Positions 47,486 to 56,847 of a stretch of 64,000 bases of DNA are shown one piece after another. The stretch comes from Anaerolineae bacterium (lineage in GTDB: Bacteria; Chloroflexota; Anaerolineae; UBA1429), in contig OY776562.1 in the NCBI GenBank assembly GCA_963675785.1, positions 1,504,001 to 1,568,000 of the forward strand, given 5' to 3'. A program made the translations under genes and the position numbers. The first letter of the stretch is position 1; each line of letters opens with the position of its first letter. Under the pieces are notes generated by a model. The model did not search any database and was not told the DNA's origin. It was given only the letters and a program-made list of their open reading frames with translations.

Positions 47486-47959
47486 TTAACCCACGCCGTT
47501 GCGTAAGGCGTAAATAGAGGCCCACACCATGGCAAAATAGCTCAGCCCGGCGATGGCCCAGGGGAGAAGGCCCAGGTTCCAGAGCATACCCCACATCATC
47601 ATCAGACCCACATAGAACAGTACAAGATAGGGCGCCAGAATGGCCGACCGGCGGGGGTTGCGAAACTCGATGTGCAGGATGTAATCGAGGAAGAGATCGA
47701 GCAGGCAAAAGGCGGCATAGATGAGCGGGGCAAGCCAATAGAGGGCGCCACCCTCATAAGCCGAGGAATAGCCGCCCAACAGCCCGCCCAGGGCCAGTAA
47801 CAGAGCAGGCACGCCCATCAGCAGAGATAGTATGCCCCACAGTTTCGCCCGTTCGGGGCGTTTGACACGACAATAGAACATGGCCGCAATAAAGAGATTG
47901 GCGAGAGTGCAGACGCCAAAGATCGCCCAGAGATAGACCGTCAGAGATATTGTGTTCAT
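47486..47959 (-). CDS. membrane protein (paralog B)
   Basis: RBS AGGAGG; YLW...LANLF..AMF, GYSSAYE.GALYW. Confidence 0.75.
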   Translation of the reverse strand: MNTISLTVYLWAIFGVCTLANLFIAAMFYCRVKRPERAKLWGILSLLMGVPALLLALGGLLGGYSSAYEGGALYWLAPLIYAAFCLLDLFLDYILHIEFRNPRRSAILAPYLVLFYVGLMMMWGMLWNLGLLPWAIAGLSYFAMVWASIYALRNGVG

Positions 47960-48015
47960 AGGCCCTCCTGCGCCCAGATTAGCACAAGAGGGCCTCGATG
48001 TCATCTGGTGTTATG

Positions 48016-49311
48016 TCACCCAAGCGGTAGCTCATAGACGCGCAACTCGGAAGGAGCGGGTGCGCCATCCTCATAAGGACGATCACGATGCTCGGGACGG
48101 GTCTCCCAGCGGAGGGCATAGCGCTTGTCGGCGTTGGCGATAGTACCGCGATCAGTGAGCCAGTGTACCTCGATGGGGCCATCCCAAGCGAGGGTGGGTG
48201 TGGCCAGATCCTCGGGCAGGTCGTCCAGCGAGAAGGGATAGCTGCCGATGATCTCGAGGGTGTCGGGAGCCAGCTTCCAGACGCCGCGACCATAGACGAC
48301 ATGCTCCCAGGGGAGCGCCAAGCCGCCATCGGGTTGGACGGTGAGGCCACGCAGGGCAATCTCACCAATGACGCAACCGCCGCCCTGGAAGGCCCAGCGG
48401 TAATCCCAATGGGTGAGCTGATAAAAGGCCCAATGGCCATCTTCCAAGCGGGCGCAATAGACCTGGGAGTTACCGTCCTCATCGTACTTGGTATAGGCGA
48501 TGACGGGGCGACCAAGAGCATCCAGGCCCATATCCTGCACCATGTTGATGATGCCAGCACCCGCAGGCACGGGGTCGATGATGGCACCGCTCTGCAGGGT
48601 GATGGGCAGCGTCAGCGGACGGCCGTCGCCGGTCTCCCAGTGCAGTAGATCGCGGCTGCGGGCGTAGGAAAGGTCGTGGTTGGTGGCGCAGTCGGGGGTA
48701 TCGCGCCAGACCCAGTTCATGTGATACCAGCCATCGGGGCCGAGCAGTGGCGGATGGGCATAGGCGTTCATCAAGCCTTGACCATCAGTGAGGGGCACAT
48801 CCACCAGACGGCGCCAGGTGCGCGTCTCGGCTTCGTAGACGTTATAGATGTCGTTGCCATTGCCGCTAGAGCCATCACGATAGCGGAAAACGAGCTCACT
48901 CGCCGGGCCAGTGATGAACACCGGGTAGGTGCAGCGGGTCTCTAGCTCGCCGGTCATGAAATCGACCTGCTCAAAGGTGGTGACATCCAAGGGCACGTTG
49001 GTGCGGAAGTAGATGAGGGGATCGACGTGCATGTTGCCAGAGAGGTGCAGATAGCCCAAGCTGTCAATGGCCAGGGTGACATAGTTGTGGCTATCCCAGG
49101 CGAGCTGGCTGGAAAGACGCCCGCGCTGCTCTAGCCAGACACCCTGAGGATGAGCCAATGTCCAATCGGTGGAACCCAGATGGCGCGAAGCTACGGTCAT
49201 GTTCCGATCGGCATCATAAAAGGCGGCGAACTGGTAATCGCCATGGGTCAACAAATCGAAACCAACAGGGTGCCCCGACCAAGTGGTCGTGAGCAAGTGA
49301 GATGTGTACAT
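48016..49311 (-). CDS. BNR repeat-containing (BNR_4) protein
   Basis: WDSHNY, LHLSGNMH, TYPVF, YRDGSSGNG, WVWRDT...NHDLSYARS.D...W. Confidence 0.82.
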   Translation of the reverse strand: MYTSHLLTTTWSGHPVGFDLLTHGDYQFAAFYDADRNMTVASRHLGSTDWTLAHPQGVWLEQRGRLSSQLAWDSHNYVTLAIDSLGYLHLSGNMHVDPLIYFRTNVPLDVTTFEQVDFMTGELETRCTYPVFITGPASELVFRYRDGSSGNGNDIYNVYEAETRTWRRLVDVPLTDGQGLMNAYAHPPLLGPDGWYHMNWVWRDTPDCATNHDLSYARSRDLLHWETGDGRPLTLPITLQSGAIIDPVPAGAGIINMVQDMGLDALGRPVIAYTKYDEDGNSQVYCARLEDGHWAFYQLTHWDYRWAFQGGGCVIGEIALRGLTVQPDGGLALPWEHVVYGRGVWKLAPDTLEIIGSYPFSLDDLPEDLATPTLAWDGPIEVHWLTDRGTIANADKRYALRWETRPEHRDRPYEDGAPAPSELRVYELPLG

Positions 49312-49400
49312 ATCTCCTCCAAGTGAGGTGAAAACAACAACCTGTGCTCGGTACTGCATGAGCACAGGTTGTAAGCGTAAGCCAAGGTGGTGTCAAGCGG

Positions 49401-50366
49401 CTAGTCGTTCATGAGGCGCCGTTCGCCGAACTGCTTGTAGTAGGCCGCAGAGGTCAACGTAGGTCGGAACCCGATATGCTGGTAGAACGTCTTTTCGGTG
49501 CCTACCCAAACCTCGTTGCAGCCGCGGGCGCGGGCCCGACGGGCGGCCTCGTAGACCACCTCACGGCCAAAGCCCTGCAGGCGATAATCGGGATGGGTGC
49601 CTACTGGTTCGAGAATGCCGATCTTGTTGTGTTCATCGACCCAAATACCGCACATGGCCACGCCCTGCCCCTCGGGGCCAATGACGACCAGGTCCAGGTC
49701 GGGGTCATAATCGGGGGCCTTGCATTGCTCACGATAGGTATAAGCATTGACGAACTCGCGCGGATCGGTGTGACCAAAAGCACGCCCCTTGACCTCGGCG
49801 TGAAAGGCGGGATTGCCGGTTTCAGCCACCGAGCGAATAACCCAGCCCTCGGGCAAGCCGTAGGGCGGAACGTCGCAAGTACGCAGCATAGCATCATGCT
49901 CTATGTATTTGGGATCCATGAGGTAGCCGCGCCGCCAGACGGCATCCAGCAGGGGCTGGTCGTAATCATAAACGAGCACCAAGAGCCGTCCCTTGTCCGA
50001 AACAAGGTTTTGCTCGGCCCATTCCAGCATCTCGGGGAAAAGAAACTCGTAGCCGGGGCGACGCTGAATCCAGACTGCGCCCGGACGGGGATCCTCAGCA
50101 TGGGCCAAGGCGACGATGCGGCCGTAAGCGTCTGCCCAAACCATGGCGTGGGATTCCCACCAGCCGATGCCGGCCTGTTCGGCAACGCCCTCAGGGGCGT
50201 CGAGGTCATCGAAACGAGCCAGGAGCGGAGCGACCATGTAGCGGGCGTAATTCCAGCGCTCCAGACGCCAGTTGATTTGACGGGGCCAGGCGCGATAGGT
50301 TTCGATGAGCATGTCGCGCACGGGCATGAAATCAGCCGGGGTGTAGGGGCGACAAATCGTCTTCAT
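49401..50366 (-). CDS. GNAT family N-acetyltransferase
   Basis: EPVGTHPDYRLQGFGR, FYQHIGF; start MKTICRPY after GGAGG. Confidence 0.85.
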   Translation of the reverse strand: MKTICRPYTPADFMPVRDMLIETYRAWPRQINWRLERWNYARYMVAPLLARFDDLDAPEGVAEQAGIGWWESHAMVWADAYGRIVALAHAEDPRPGAVWIQRRPGYEFLFPEMLEWAEQNLVSDKGRLLVLVYDYDQPLLDAVWRRGYLMDPKYIEHDAMLRTCDVPPYGLPEGWVIRSVAETGNPAFHAEVKGRAFGHTDPREFVNAYTYREQCKAPDYDPDLDLVVIGPEGQGVAMCGIWVDEHNKIGILEPVGTHPDYRLQGFGREVVYEAARRARARGCNEVWVGTEKTFYQHIGFRPTLTSAAYYKQFGERRLMND

Positions 50367-50451
50367 GACATTTCCTCCAACGGATGTATGCGCCGCTACG
50401 ATAACACAACCAGGCGATTGTGCCAATCGTATTTGTGATGAAAGGACAGCC

Positions 50452-51072
50452 ATGCCCGACGATGTTTTGCTGACGCTGCTGGACGGATTGACCCTACCCG
50501 ATACGCTGAGTGAGGCGGTGCCCCTGCTGCTGCGCGCGCACGACCATCCCAAGACGGCGGTACACAGCGCCGCGGTAGCCGCGGAGGCCCGCCAGATGGC
50601 GGAACGCTTCGGTATAGACCCCGACAAGGCGGAGACGGGCGGCTGGCTGCACGACATTAGCGCGGCTTTTGCTCGTGACCAGCGTTTACCAGCGGCCAAG
50701 GCCCTGGGGCTGGAAATTCTGCCGGAAGAAGAGCTAGTGCCGATGATCGTCCACCAAAAGCTCTCGGCAGAGATGGCCCAGCAGTTATTTGGGGTGAACG
50801 ATGAGGGTGTGCTGAGCGCGATTCGCTGCCATACGACGCTACGGCCCGGCGCGACGCCGCTGGATATGGTGGTGTTTTTGGCGGACAAGATCGCCTGGGA
50901 CAGGGAATACCGTCCGCCCTTTTTGGAGGAGCTGCTGCAGGCGCTGAATGACGAGGGTCTGCCGGGCGGGTGTTTGGTGTATATGCGCTGGCTGAAAGGC
51001 GAGATCGTGGTGGTGCATCCGTGGTTTGCGGCGGCGCTGGAAGAGTTGGAGAGAGAGGCTTCGGAGAGATAG
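50452..51072 (+). CDS. yqeK: HD-domain Ap4A hydrolase YqeK-like
   Basis: HS..VA..A..MA..F, LHDIS, HQKLSA, AIRCHTT, FLADKI. Confidence 0.8.
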   Translation: MPDDVLLTLLDGLTLPDTLSEAVPLLLRAHDHPKTAVHSAAVAAEARQMAERFGIDPDKAETGGWLHDISAAFARDQRLPAAKALGLEILPEEELVPMIVHQKLSAEMAQQLFGVNDEGVLSAIRCHTTLRPGATPLDMVVFLADKIAWDREYRPPFLEELLQALNDEGLPGGCLVYMRWLKGEIVVVHPWFAAALEELEREASER

Positions 51073-51114
51073 AGAAACATTCTCGTTTGGCCGGGACTCG
51101 TGGTCATACTGACC

Positions 51115-51760
51115 ACTGACGTCTCCGGCCTAGGTTAGGGCCTCCTTCGGAGGAAATGTTTTACGTGGAAGTGTCCTTTGACACCGCATACGGCAGGTCG
51201 AGGGCTCGGGAGCGTGAGATTAGCTGATAGAGATTGCCCAAAGGCAGGCTGAAGACCCAGGGCTAATGACCGAACCTACGGATCGGTTGGGGATATTGCC
51301 CAGGGCTAAAGCCCTGGGCTTAGCAAGATATGCCATCTACGATGGCAGGATGCAGCGCGGCTTTGCAAGCAAAGCTGGGTTAGCCCGAAGCGTGTAGCGC
51401 GGCATCCGTGCGAGGAAGAAGGTTCAATGAAGGCACCAGACTAAAGTCTGGTGCTGCGGGAGCAAAGCCTCCAGCCATAGGCTGGAGGCTCGTATTTGTG
51501 AGTTTGGCTGATAGAGCCTGCCCGAAGGGGCAGATTTTGCTAAGCCCGAGGCTTTAGCCTCGGGAGACAGAACACGCAGAAAAGACACACTGGGCTAATG
51601 ATCGAACCATAGGTTCGGTTGAGGATATTGCCCAGGGCTAAAGCCCTGGGCTTAGCAAGATATGCCATCTACGATGGCAGGTGTAGCGCGGCTTTGCAAG
51701 CAAAGCAGGTTCAGCCTGGCGTGTGTAGAGCAGGTGCGACGGGTTTCAACCCCACGCCTG
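51115..51760. repeat. composite REP-like array with internal about 115-bp direct repeat
   Basis: 51261-51375 resembles 51593-51706: CCCAGGGCTAAAGCCCTGGG, TGCCATC-TAC-GATGGCA; also GCACCAGACT-AA-AGTCTGGTGC. Confidence 0.85.
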
Positions 51761-51868
51761 TTCATGAATACGATGCAACGCCCCACAAACAAAGAACATC
51801 TCCCGAAGCGCGATCTGGCGAGTGCGACCGGCCCCGGGAGATGTGGGGGTGTAAAAACTACCGCTGTG

Positions 51869-52420
51869 TTAGCGCAAGAATTTGCTGACAAATGGCGAGG
51901 TTTCGCCGCGCCGCATAAAGTGCCCCGAAGGGCCCTCACCCAGGAACTCACTGAACCAGCTCTCATGCTCGATCTCTTCATTTAGAATAGCCAACGAAAG
52001 ATCATAGGTGCGATGATCCTTGCCTGCCGTCAGGTTGCAGATGGCGTTATAGCCCTGCACCGCACAGCGTTCGGCGTTGACCAGCACCTTGAGCATGGCC
52101 TTGGTATCGGTGGGATCGGCGGGCAGGCTGGCTGGTGGACAGGCAGTCATGTCGTGAAAGACTTTCATGTCACCGGGCAATGCGCCGCCCAGTTCATAAA
52201 TGCGGGGCACAAGGGCCTCAAAGTGGTTGCGGTCCTCTACACGTGCCACCTCGGCGATCTCTTTGATTCCCTCGCCCTCTAGCCCGATGAGGTTCACCCG
52301 AAGAACGGTATAGTAATAGTATGTGGTGAGCTCAGCAGAAGCATTTTTGACGAGCAAATTTACCAGAACGTCAAGGTCGATGCCAGCGTTCTCTACCATC
52401 TTACGTGCCATTTTAGCCAT
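51869..52420 (-). CDS. DPS-like ferritin-superfamily protein (DpsL)
   Basis: AELTTYYYY, EDRNHFE, CPPA...ERCA cysteine pair, EEIEHE. Confidence 0.9.
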   Translation of the reverse strand: MAKMARKMVENAGIDLDVLVNLLVKNASAELTTYYYYTVLRVNLIGLEGEGIKEIAEVARVEDRNHFEALVPRIYELGGALPGDMKVFHDMTACPPASLPADPTDTKAMLKVLVNAERCAVQGYNAICNLTAGKDHRTYDLSLAILNEEIEHESWFSEFLGEGPSGHFMRRGETSPFVSKFLR

Positions 52421-52534
52421 GTGGTTTCTCCTGTATAAAGCGGCATACCATTATGTTAACTGAAAAGAAGGCTCAGCGCAAGAGGCAATTGCACAAAAAG
52501 GGGAAAGATAGGGCTATTTGCACAAAAGGGGAGG

Positions 52535-52975
52535 GCTTTAGGCTTGGGGAATAGAACTCGCAGGGCTTGCAACACCAGGTTGAAATCTGGTGTTGCAAGA
52601 GCCAAGTCCCCGACCTGCGGTCGGAGGCTAGGGAGAGTGAGTATCCCTCGGAGATGCCAGTTTGGGACGCGCGAATGCCCAGGGCTGAAGCCCTGGGCTC
52701 AGGAAGATCTGCCATCTGCGATGGCAGGATGCAGCGCGGTTTTGCAAGCAAAGCAGGTTCAGCCTGACGCGTGTAGCGTGGCATCCGTGAGAGGAAGAAG
52801 GTTTAATGAAGGCACCAGACTAAAGTCTGGTGCTGCGGGACCAAAGCCCCCGACCATGGGTCGGGGGCTGGGAGTAGTGAGAATATCCCTTGGAGACGCC
52901 AGTTTGGGACGCGCGAACGCCCAGGGCTAAAGCCCTGGGCTCAGCAATATCTGCCATCGTAGATGGCAGATGTAT
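52535..52975. repeat. composite REP-like array
   Basis: About 52705-52840 repeats about 51329-51461; CCCAGGGCT(A/G)AAGCCCTGGG x2. Confidence 0.85.
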
Positions 52976-52989
52976 GAAGCGACAAGTCA

Positions 52990-53604
52990 TTAGCAAAAAC
53001 CGGCCTCTTGTTTGATCGTGTTATACAGTTCGGGGAAAGAGCAAGGTTTGGCTCCAATTGCCAAGAGCCCAGACAAGGCAATGTTTTTCTGTTTGGGAAC
53101 GACTGCATTCAAAGTAGATGTCGCCAAGACGTAAAAGGCCCATTGTGATAAGTCCAATGGATTCAAAGTTACTTGGTCTTTGTGTTTGAGGACACAGAAC
53201 ACATAGACATCCGCCTGACGCTTTTCTTCTTTAGCGTACAAGCCAGTTTCTTCATCCCAAGCATGGGTTGGCCCGATGCCAAAACGCAGTGCAGAGAAAC
53301 GCCATTGTTTCCAAGTTTGGATGTATGCGCTCGTCTTGATCTCAATACGGATACCCTCTTTCGATAACAAATCATAGTTATCCCAAGTCATCGAAAGCTG
53401 ATCTTCGACGCCAAGGGCCATGGCGACGATATATTCAGCCAGTTTTCCCCGCTCTGTGTTGTCAACCAGATCAGAATGTGCCCATGCCCAGTAATCTTTT
53501 AGCGAGTTGGTGTGCCCTTCAGCATTCAGGAAAAGCTCATCCCCCGTTTTGAGGCAAGGCTGGATCGTTCCAAGTTCGTTGTTTGAGAGATTGTTATCAG
53601 TCAT
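52990..53604 (-). CDS. PD-(D/E)xK restriction-endonuclease-like protein
   Basis: RGKLAEYIV, YDL, RIEIKTSAY.Q.W; low GC. Confidence 0.6.
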   Translation of the reverse strand: MTDNNLSNNELGTIQPCLKTGDELFLNAEGHTNSLKDYWAWAHSDLVDNTERGKLAEYIVAMALGVEDQLSMTWDNYDLLSKEGIRIEIKTSAYIQTWKQWRFSALRFGIGPTHAWDEETGLYAKEEKRQADVYVFCVLKHKDQVTLNPLDLSQWAFYVLATSTLNAVVPKQKNIALSGLLAIGAKPCSFPELYNTIKQEAGFC

Positions 53605-53639
53605 TGATTTTCCTAGTTGAGAGGCACAATACATTGAAG

Positions 53640-53975
53640 TAATGCCCAAGGCCAAAGCTCTGGGCATAGTAATATCTGCCATCTGTGATGGCAAGCGTAT
53701 TCGAAAGTGCACTGGACCAATGAACAAACCTACGGTTTGTTTTGGGAGAATCGGTAAACCGATTCTCCAAGACAAAGCCAAAGGCTTTGTCAGTGCTAGG
53801 CATACAAACCCTCCGACCTACGGTCGGAGGCTAGAGATAGAGAGATTAGCTAGTAGAGCCTGCCCAAAGGGCAGGGTTGGCGACCCTAGCGTCAGGGTTC
53901 AGCCTGACGCGCACGCGAAGACACCCAGGGCTAAAGCCCTGGGCTCAGTAAGATCTGCCATCTGCGATGGGAGGT
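53640..53975. repeat. composite REP-like array
   Basis: CTGCCATC-TGT-GATGGCA, GAGAATCGGT-AA-ACCGATTCTC, GACAAAGCC-AAA-GGCTTTGTC, CCTCCGACC-TAC-GGTCGGAGG. Confidence 0.85.
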
Positions 53976-53993
53976 ATGTTTGAGAAACTTTTC

Positions 53994-54332
53994 TTAGCGC
54001 TCAGGCCTGATGCTACCGCTACAAGCTATTCCCCACTTTGTCATTGCGTTGTTTAGATGTCCACTGACCACGAAATCTACAAAACGACCATCCTTCAACT
54101 CAAGAGTTAGTGTATTCGCTCCCAAAAAATCAAACAGATTATTGCCCTCTTCAGCAATAAAGCCTCTTCGATCAACCAGACCAGGCAGCTCTTGTTTTGG
54201 GCTTCCCCCACGAGGCTGAATACTTGTAAACTCTTGCCATTCTGTGATCTCGTAGTCTACTGTAGCAACCTGTTCTTCCCCACTCCATACTTTTCCTCGG
54301 CCATTTAATAAATCAATCTTCTTTCTCGGCAT
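53994..54332 (-). CDS. hypothetical protein
   Basis: RBS AAGGAGG, 112 aa, low GC. Confidence 0.65.
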   Translation of the reverse strand: MPRKKIDLLNGRGKVWSGEEQVATVDYEITEWQEFTSIQPRGGSPKQELPGLVDRRGFIAEEGNNLFDFLGANTLTLELKDGRFVDFVVSGHLNNAMTKWGIACSGSIRPER

Positions 54333-54463
54333 CTATAGCCTCCTTCTTGAGCAATTTCTCACCGCTAATTAACTTGATGTGATTCTATCTTCACCATCCA
54401 GTCCTCCGCAACCAAAAACGCCCCCGACGCGTAAAGAACATAACCTCACCCAAAGGAGCACAC

Positions 54464-54622
54464 ATGGCCCTGCGCATCGCTGGCAGCCTCATCGTCCTGC
54501 TGCTCGTCGCCTTTATCGTATTCACCTTTATGTCGGAGCAGCTCTTGGCCATTGCCGCCCTGGTAGGCGTGGTCATTATTCTGTGGGGCATACACATGCA
54601 CACTCGCGGAGGCGCTGACTAA
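54464..54622 (+). CDS. 52-aa two-TM small membrane protein (absent from ORF track)
   Basis: RBS AAGGAG; MALRIAGSLIVLLLVAFIVFTFMSEQLLAIAALVGVVIILWGIHMHTRGGAD. Confidence 0.65.
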   Translation: MALRIAGSLIVLLLVAFIVFTFMSEQLLAIAALVGVVIILWGIHMHTRGGAD

Positions 54623-54773
54623 TATGAGTCACCCCCTCTGGGCGCTAGTCCTCTCGTTTATTGTGTTGGTTGTATTTATGTTAACTTACCACCGTATGCG
54701 CCGCCGCGATTGACTTGCGCTACCCCGCCCCAGCGCGCTAGAATAAGGCACGCATACAAATAGGAGGCGAGGA

Positions 54774-55805
54774 ATGCAATACACAGAGCTTGGCAGAAGC
54801 GGCCTACGCGTCAGCCGCCTCTGTTTGGGAACCATGAATTTTGGCGTACGCACCTCGGAAGAGGAATCCCAGGCCATTATGGACCGCGCTTTTGAGCTAG
54901 GCCTCAACTTTTACGATACCGCCGACCGTTACGGCACCCCGATGGGCCAAGGCGTCACGGAGCAGATCGTGGGGCGCTGGCTCCAAGCCTCGGGCAAGCG
55001 CGACGAGATTGTGTTGGCCACCAAGGTATTCGGCCCGATGGGCGCGGGCGCCAACAATCGCGGGCTTTCGGCTTATCACCTGCGCCGGGGCTGCAATGCC
55101 AGCCTAGAGCGCCTGCAAACCGACCACATTGACCTCTACCAAATGCACCACATCGATTTGGGCACGGTTGCGCCACATCATAAAGAGATCCTCGGTGAAC
55201 AGGTCGATTTCTACGACGGGCCGTGTGCGCGTCCGGGAACACCGTGGGCTGAGGTGTGGCAAGGATTCGGGCAGCTCATCAACGAAGGCAAGATCACTTA
55301 TGTGGGTTCCAGCAACTTTGCCGCGTGGAACATTGCCCAAGCCAATGAGACGGCAGCAGCCCGGCAGATGCTGGGTTTGGTGAGCGAGCAGAGCAAGTAC
55401 AATCTGAGTATGAGATTGCTGGAGCTGGAGGTCATCCCCGCCTGTAAGGCTTACGGCGTGGGCCTGATGTGCTACAGCCCGCTGGGTGGCGGCTATTTGG
55501 CTGGCGCACTGCAAAGCGAGAAGGAAGGCCGCCGGGCCACGCTGAACGTGAGCCCCCAGCAGCGCAAACAGCTCGAAGATTACGAGGGGCTCTGTGCTGA
55601 TATCGGCGAAAAGCCGGCCCAGGTAGCCCTGGCCTGGCTGCTGCACCAGCCCGTGGTGACCTGCCCTATCATCGGGCCGCGCACCATGGAGCAGTTGGAG
55701 AGCGCCGTGGCTGCTATGGAGATCAAGCTTTCGGCCAGCACGCTGGCCCGGTTGGATGAGATATTCCCGGGGTACAAGCAGGCCCCCATGGAGTACGCCT
55801 GGTAA
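54774..55805 (+). CDS. aldo/keto reductase
   Basis: LGRSGLRVSRLCLGTMNFG, DTADRY, LATK, DLYQMH, YSPLGGG, PIIGPRT. Confidence 0.93.
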   Translation: MQYTELGRSGLRVSRLCLGTMNFGVRTSEEESQAIMDRAFELGLNFYDTADRYGTPMGQGVTEQIVGRWLQASGKRDEIVLATKVFGPMGAGANNRGLSAYHLRRGCNASLERLQTDHIDLYQMHHIDLGTVAPHHKEILGEQVDFYDGPCARPGTPWAEVWQGFGQLINEGKITYVGSSNFAAWNIAQANETAAARQMLGLVSEQSKYNLSMRLLELEVIPACKAYGVGLMCYSPLGGGYLAGALQSEKEGRRATLNVSPQQRKQLEDYEGLCADIGEKPAQVALAWLLHQPVVTCPIIGPRTMEQLESAVAAMEIKLSASTLARLDEIFPGYKQAPMEYAW

Positions 55806-55838
55806 GCAACTTTTAGCACGCTCAATGAGGATACGCCC

Positions 55839-56555
55839 GTGACAAGTGAGAAACGCCGCAAGTTCCTGTTGCCCGTCGTTGTTGCCGCCATTGTCTTTTT
55901 GGGATTGCTGCCCAGCCGTGTTCAAATCTGGCTGCCGGATAGCTGGCTGGGCAATGCTTATGTCGATGAGTTGCTCAAGACACAGGTACTGGGCCTGGCC
56001 GCCCCACTTTTGGTGGTGCTGAGTGCTCTGTTGGCAGGCCGCCTGACCGCCCAGCGCTACCTGACACTTGGGGATCGCGATGCCGATATCGAACCCATGC
56101 CGCGCATCGGCCTGACACTCGATCTCTCTTATGACTGGAAGAAAATGGGCACGGCCCTGTCGCAGATCCTCACCTCGTTCACGGCCATTGTGGCCTATTT
56201 CGGTATCATTCGCGGCAATGTCATCGCCCTACACAATGTCGGCCTGGTTCCCTGGATATTTGTTTTTGCGGCGCTCACCGCCCTTACCCAGGAACTGGTC
56301 ATTCGCTATGGGCTGGTTACTTCTCTGGTGGGGTTGGTGCCCGACAGTTGGATCCACTGGACCTCGGCCGGGGTGTCCGCAATTCTGGCTGTCTTTCTCA
56401 CCAAGGCGGGGTTGGCCGGATTCCTGCTGGGCGGCATCTATGGCTACTTTATGGCCAAGGCCGTGCTAGAAACCCGCGGTCTCTACTGGGCCTGGTTCCT
56501 GCGCTTTTGGCAGCAAGTCATCCTCTATGGCGCACTGTTCGCCATTTACCTCTAA
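55839..56555 (+). CDS. CPBP/Abi-family-like membrane protein
   Basis: Multi-TM; degenerate QELVIRYG and ETRGLYWAWF motifs (catalytic EE and H apparently lost). Confidence 0.6.
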   Translation: MTSEKRRKFLLPVVVAAIVFLGLLPSRVQIWLPDSWLGNAYVDELLKTQVLGLAAPLLVVLSALLAGRLTAQRYLTLGDRDADIEPMPRIGLTLDLSYDWKKMGTALSQILTSFTAIVAYFGIIRGNVIALHNVGLVPWIFVFAALTALTQELVIRYGLVTSLVGLVPDSWIHWTSAGVSAILAVFLTKAGLAGFLLGGIYGYFMAKAVLETRGLYWAWFLRFWQQVILYGALFAIYL

Positions 56556-56559
56556 CCAG

Positions 56560-56599
56560 AACTGCCCCGTCATGGCCTCACGACGGGGCAGTTTTTTTG
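56560..56599 (+). terminator. intrinsic terminator
   Basis: ACTGCCCCGTC...GACGGGGCAGT followed by T-run. Confidence 0.8.
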
Positions 56600-56847
56600 T
56601 GGTATCCTCCTGCGAATCTACGTTCCATTGCATCCTTGACAACATCTTGTTGGCCGCTTAACCACCTCTTAATTCCTCTTGAACAACTCTTCCGTAGAAT
56701 TGGCAAAGCAAGGTACACAGCAGGGTTTGCCTTGTAGCGATTGAGCGTGGAGGGGGCCAAATTGCAGCTCGTTTGTGCTGCAATTTGGCAATATAAGATG
56801 AAGACCTATCAACCCGGCGACAGAGAGCATCACACAACCATAGCCTC

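Noticed and set aside
50367-51116. N-terminal 250 aa of the 571-aa minus-strand ORF as part of the GNAT protein
   Set aside because: It is the antisense of the YqeK-like gene; the real start with GGAGG RBS is at 50366
8665-53975. CRISPR array
   Set aside because: Repeats are palindromic modules of varying order and spacing, not one repeat with constant-length unique spacers; no cas genes
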